This document shows positions 60,546-64,000 of a DNA stretch of 64,000 nt, piece by piece. This DNA is from Parcubacteria group bacterium Licking1014_17. Its GTDB lineage: Bacteria; Patescibacteriota; Minisyncoccia; 2-02-FULL-40-12; IGHO2-01-FULL-4-A. The notes under the pieces are model-generated. The model was not told the DNA's origin, searched no databases, and saw only the letters and a program-made list of their open reading frames with translations. The stretch lies in assembly GCA_007376485.1 (NCBI GenBank), contig VMGJ01000001.1:41788-105787 (forward strand), written 5' to 3'. Both the position numbers and the translations under genes were made by a program. How positions within the stretch are numbered: position 1 is the stretch's first letter; each line of letters starts with the position of its first letter.

Positions 60546-61847
60546 ATGATGAAAGCCGGCATTATTTGCTTAGTTTTGTTCGTGTTCGCGGTGTTTTGGG
60601 CGCCATCGGCTTTTGGCGTCACCAATGTTCAGCAGGAGATCGACATCAGAAACAAACAAATCGAAGAGATCCAGAAACAAATTGACCAGTATCAAAAAGA
60701 AATTGATGCCAACAGCAGTATGGCGCGCACTCTGTCGAGCGAGATTGGCAAACTAAACGCGCAAATCGGTAAAATTCAGCTTGAAATAAAAAGCCTTGGC
60801 ATTGCCATAGAGCAGACCGGGATGGAAATTCAGAATACATCCGGGCAAATTCAGGAACTGGAATCGCAATTGAATTTGCATAAGGCGGCAATGGGGTGCT
60901 ACCTGGCTTCTTTAAATGAACTGGATAGCCGCAGCCTGACCGAAATTCTGTTCAAACATCAGCGGCTCTCGGAATATTTCAATCAGATAAAAGAGCTGGA
61001 GGACACCCAAAACAATTTACAGTTGGCTATCGTCGAAATAAAAGGGATCAGGAGCGATTTAGAGGATAAAAAGCTGACTTTAGAAAATAAAGAGAACGAA
61101 CTTCAGGATTTAAAACGGTTCCAGGTATCCGCTAAATCCAGTTTGGAACAAAACAAAACAGTTAAAAATAAAATTTTAGTTGACACGAAGGGGAAGGAAG
61201 TGAAATTTCAGGAGCTTGTTACAAAAGCCCAGAAAGATATTGAGGCGATTAAAGGGCAAATCGGGTATTTGCTCCAGCAGGGCATTACCGTTGAGGATGC
61301 CATCAAATACGGGGAACTGGCGGCAATGCGCTTGGGAATCAGACCGGCGTTCTTAATTGCCTTGTTGGATGTAGAATCGGGCTTGGGTAAAAATGTCGGC
61401 ACGGGTAACTGGATGGACGATATGTATAATTGCTATTTGAAATTAGGAAAAGAATCCAGAGCTGCCCAGGAAAAGGATGCCTTTTTTGCGATTGTAAACA
61501 AGCTGGGTATCGATCCGAATAGCGTAAAAGTTTCCCGGGAACCGAATTACGGTTGCGGCGGCGCTATGGGACCGGCGCAGTTTATTCCGACGACATGGCT
61601 GGCGTATGAAGCTCAAGTTGCCAATCTTACCGGGCATACTTTGCCGAACCCATGGAATATAGAAGACGCATTTACAGCGGCGGCGATAAAACTGGCTAAA
61701 GGTGGCGCCGCCGACAAAACCAGAACGGGCGAGATAAGAGCCGCGAAAGCGTACATAAGCGGCAGTTCGACATGCAGTTCGAAAATCTGCAATTATTATT
61801 CGAATATAATTTTGAATAAGGCGGCCATCATCGAGAGCAATCTCTAA
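60546..61847 (+). CDS. Coiled-coil protein with C-terminal lytic transglycosylase (SLT_2/MltB-like) domain
   Basis: Signal peptide, long coiled coil, VESGLG and GAMGPAQFIPTTW motifs. Start moved to ATG 60546. Confidence 0.85.
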   Translation: MMKAGIICLVLFVFAVFWAPSAFGVTNVQQEIDIRNKQIEEIQKQIDQYQKEIDANSSMARTLSSEIGKLNAQIGKIQLEIKSLGIAIEQTGMEIQNTSGQIQELESQLNLHKAAMGCYLASLNELDSRSLTEILFKHQRLSEYFNQIKELEDTQNNLQLAIVEIKGIRSDLEDKKLTLENKENELQDLKRFQVSAKSSLEQNKTVKNKILVDTKGKEVKFQELVTKAQKDIEAIKGQIGYLLQQGITVEDAIKYGELAAMRLGIRPAFLIALLDVESGLGKNVGTGNWMDDMYNCYLKLGKESRAAQEKDAFFAIVNKLGIDPNSVKVSREPNYGCGGAMGPAQFIPTTWLAYEAQVANLTGHTLPNPWNIEDAFTAAAIKLAKGGAADKTRTGEIRAAKAYISGSSTCSSKICNYYSNIILNKAAIIESNL

Positions 61848-63109
61848 TGTTTACCAGAAAAAACATAATAATAGCGGTTGTCGTTATTTCAATTGCGTTG
61901 GGAGTTCTGATCAGAAACGCGGCAAAAAGCAGATCGTGGGCGATTAACGAAATAAATGTCAAAAACAGCAACGCCTCCGCGCAAAATACGAGTGTTTTCG
62001 GAAAACCGAAAATAAATCTTCCCGCGAAAATCGCGGAGGGCGTTGAACTGTTGAAAAAATCGGCGCCGATTGAAGTCGAGAAGGGTTTAAAAAAGGGCAA
62101 GTCCGTTGACAGGCGGCAGATTGCGCTGGCGATTCTCGATACGAACACGGGAGCGGTGTTTGAAAAGCGCTATTGGCTCAACAAGAACGAGCTTGAAATG
62201 TACGGCGACTCGGGGATGGTAAAACTGGAGCCGATTGACCCGAAAAATGATTTAATTATCGAGGTCAAATACTGGAACGGCTATAACTCTTTTCTGGATG
62301 TGTCTAATAAAGACGGCATGATTGTCGTCGCCAATAAATACACGCTTTCCAAAACCAGCCTCGGTTCGTTGATAGACGATAAAACTAATGACCGGCAGGA
62401 TATTGTTTACGTGCCTTATTCGGAATCTTTGCAAACCAAAGAAATGATTAAGGCCGGTAAAAGATACCTGACAAACACGGTTGAGCGGGCAATGGACGAT
62501 TTGGAGCAAAGAAAGGTGGTTTCAAAAGCTGAACCGGATAAATTAGTGACGAAGGTGTTTGACAAGAATTTTATAAAAAGCATCGCGCTGGTTGAGCATA
62601 TCGACCCAAGTGAATTTTATCTTGCGGATGACGGCGGCAAGGAGCTTGTTGAGCGCGTTTTGACGATAATCGGCGCCAACAAAAATCTGGCGTATAAATA
62701 CTCCGGTTCGCCGGCTGGGGCTTACGGCATGGCGCAGTTTATTGAACCAACTTATGATGCCATAGCCAACGCTTATCCCGAAGCCGGTTTGATAAAAGAT
62801 TTCAGGCAGGGCATGGCTGACCACGTGAACGCCATTAAAGCGATGTATCTTTATTTTGACATTCATAAAAAAGAAATTGACGTTCAGATAGCCGAGAAAG
62901 GACTTACGGATAAAAAGGGGATTGAAGAAGAAATGCTTGCCGCCACTTACAACGGCGGTCCCGGCAATGTCCTTGAATCGGTCAGGCAATTTGGCTTTTC
63001 GTGGATTTCAAAGCAAAGCGAACTGTCGCCGTCAAAATCCATAATGAAAGACGAAACCCTGACCTACGTCAAAAAATTCCGAGCGGTGAGAAGTTTATCG
63101 GTGTTTTAG
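61847..63109 (+). CDS. Membrane-anchored SLT-like transglycosylase-fold protein
   Basis: SPAGAYGMAQFIEPTY, ATYNGGPG and ETLTYVKK motifs. Confidence 0.8.
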   Translation: MFTRKNIIIAVVVISIALGVLIRNAAKSRSWAINEINVKNSNASAQNTSVFGKPKINLPAKIAEGVELLKKSAPIEVEKGLKKGKSVDRRQIALAILDTNTGAVFEKRYWLNKNELEMYGDSGMVKLEPIDPKNDLIIEVKYWNGYNSFLDVSNKDGMIVVANKYTLSKTSLGSLIDDKTNDRQDIVYVPYSESLQTKEMIKAGKRYLTNTVERAMDDLEQRKVVSKAEPDKLVTKVFDKNFIKSIALVEHIDPSEFYLADDGGKELVERVLTIIGANKNLAYKYSGSPAGAYGMAQFIEPTYDAIANAYPEAGLIKDFRQGMADHVNAIKAMYLYFDIHKKEIDVQIAEKGLTDKKGIEEEMLAATYNGGPGNVLESVRQFGFSWISKQSELSPSKSIMKDETLTYVKKFRAVRSLSVF

Positions 63110-63156
63110 CTATATACTAGCTGTTCGCCATTACTTTTTTGCACCACTTGCTTTAA

Positions 63157-63291
63157 CTGAAATAAACACAGTTTTTCGCAGATGCTCGGACTTTCCAGCG
63201 AAGTCCTCGCTTATAGCTCACCAGTTTTCCGCTAATGAGCGGACCAAGCAAAACTGGCTCGCTGTACTGCTCAAAACTATGTTTATTTCGG
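63157..63291 (-). repeat. Structured intergenic element, subfamily A copy 5
   Basis: A core with compensatory ggact/agtcc change; different outer stem ctgaaataaacacagtttt / aaaactatgtttatttcgg. Confidence 0.92.
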
Positions 63292-63456
63292 GGGATAATA
63301 GCTATGCAGAAGCTATTGAACCATAACAAGCTATTGACATAAGTATTCATTCGTAATATCATACCCATGGTACGTTCTTTTTTAATCTTATCTAACGTCG
63401 CCGTGATGGTGGCAAGTAGCAATCTGCTTTGAGGCGTGATACCTCTGGAGGAAATC

Positions 63457-63858
63457 ATGGATACAGAGAAAAGAAGTAAACGTGAAATTCATGCGCTTGA
63501 GTATGCCGTAGTGGAGCTCATGGTGAAACTGACGGAACTTACGAGAGGGGTAGTTGAGGGATGGTGTGTTGAGGGGGGATTGAATTTGGAAATTGTTGAT
63601 AGGATTGATGAATCACAGGATATCATGGTTTTCATTCATCCCGTGAACTGGCCCGATGAGTCATCTTATATTTCCTGTGTTTTTATCCCCTTCGGAAAAT
63701 CGTCGTGGCGTCCCTACAAGGGGATGATTAGTACCCCACATTTGGCCAATTTCAAGAAGTTGTCTTTTCGTTATAGCGGGGGGAATATATATGCGCTTGA
63801 CAAGAATACCCGCGAAGAGATTATGCTCCGTGAAGCCATATTAAGACGATACAGATGA
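63457..63858 (+). CDS. Hypothetical protein
   Basis: Promoter TTGACA-17-TATCAT (63334-63362), GGAGGA SD, terminator aaagtcctgc..gcaggactttttt. Confidence 0.65.
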   Translation: MDTEKRSKREIHALEYAVVELMVKLTELTRGVVEGWCVEGGLNLEIVDRIDESQDIMVFIHPVNWPDESSYISCVFIPFGKSSWRPYKGMISTPHLANFKKLSFRYSGGNIYALDKNTREEIMLREAILRRYR

Positions 63859-63945
63859 TTTTTGATTTTGTGAAAAATTTAAAGTCCTGCGCGTTCACCA
63901 GCCGCAGGACTTTTTTATTTATCTGTTTTTTTGTATAAAGATAGA

Positions 63946-64000
63946 ATGCGGAAAATATCAAAAGAAAATAGTCCCCTTGTCTATGTGGCTATGAGTGGCG
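63946..64000 (+). CDS. mnmA: Probable tRNA 2-thiouridylase MnmA, 5' end only
   Basis: MRKISKENSPLVYVAMSG runs off the window and matches the VxVxMSGG start of PP-loop ATPases. Confidence 0.6.
   Translation, partial: MRKISKENSPLVYVAMSG

Overview
Gene-dense bacterial chromosome segment using the standard code (TGA is a stop). Gene content and style suggest Patescibacteria/CPR, Parcubacteria-like; this is an inference. Housekeeping genes include proS (3' part), mreBCD-mrdA, greA, lysS, serS, an ftsQ-like gene, groES/EL with a CIRCE-like operator, tgt, a UvrD-nuclease fusion, a MacAB-type exporter, lexA, murJ, lytic transglycosylases and the start of mnmA. Two things stand out. (1) Twelve dispersed ~135-220 bp intergenic elements fall into three sequence subfamilies (A x5, B x5, C x2). 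All can fold into the same three-way junction with covarying stems, a near-invariant CGCTGG hairpin loop, a 7-nt GCWYGGY bulge, tandem GA/GA mismatches and a swappable apical hairpin. The GA-containing strand is the - strand in 11 of 12 copies, antisense to most flanking genes. (2) A ~20-kb cell-surface locus (20.2-39.9 kb) encodes a 2762-aa repeat adhesin, a paralogue, a WxL/pilin-like subunit, two DUF916-like proteins, a dockerin-like protein, a cohesin-like protein and an O-antigen-ligase-like enzyme. It reads like a donor-strand fibre anchored by cohesin-dockerin binding, and the anchor's TM helix lies just behind an in-frame TAG. Several smaller mobile or palindromic signals are also present. 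All calls come from reading the sequence by eye; no searches were run.
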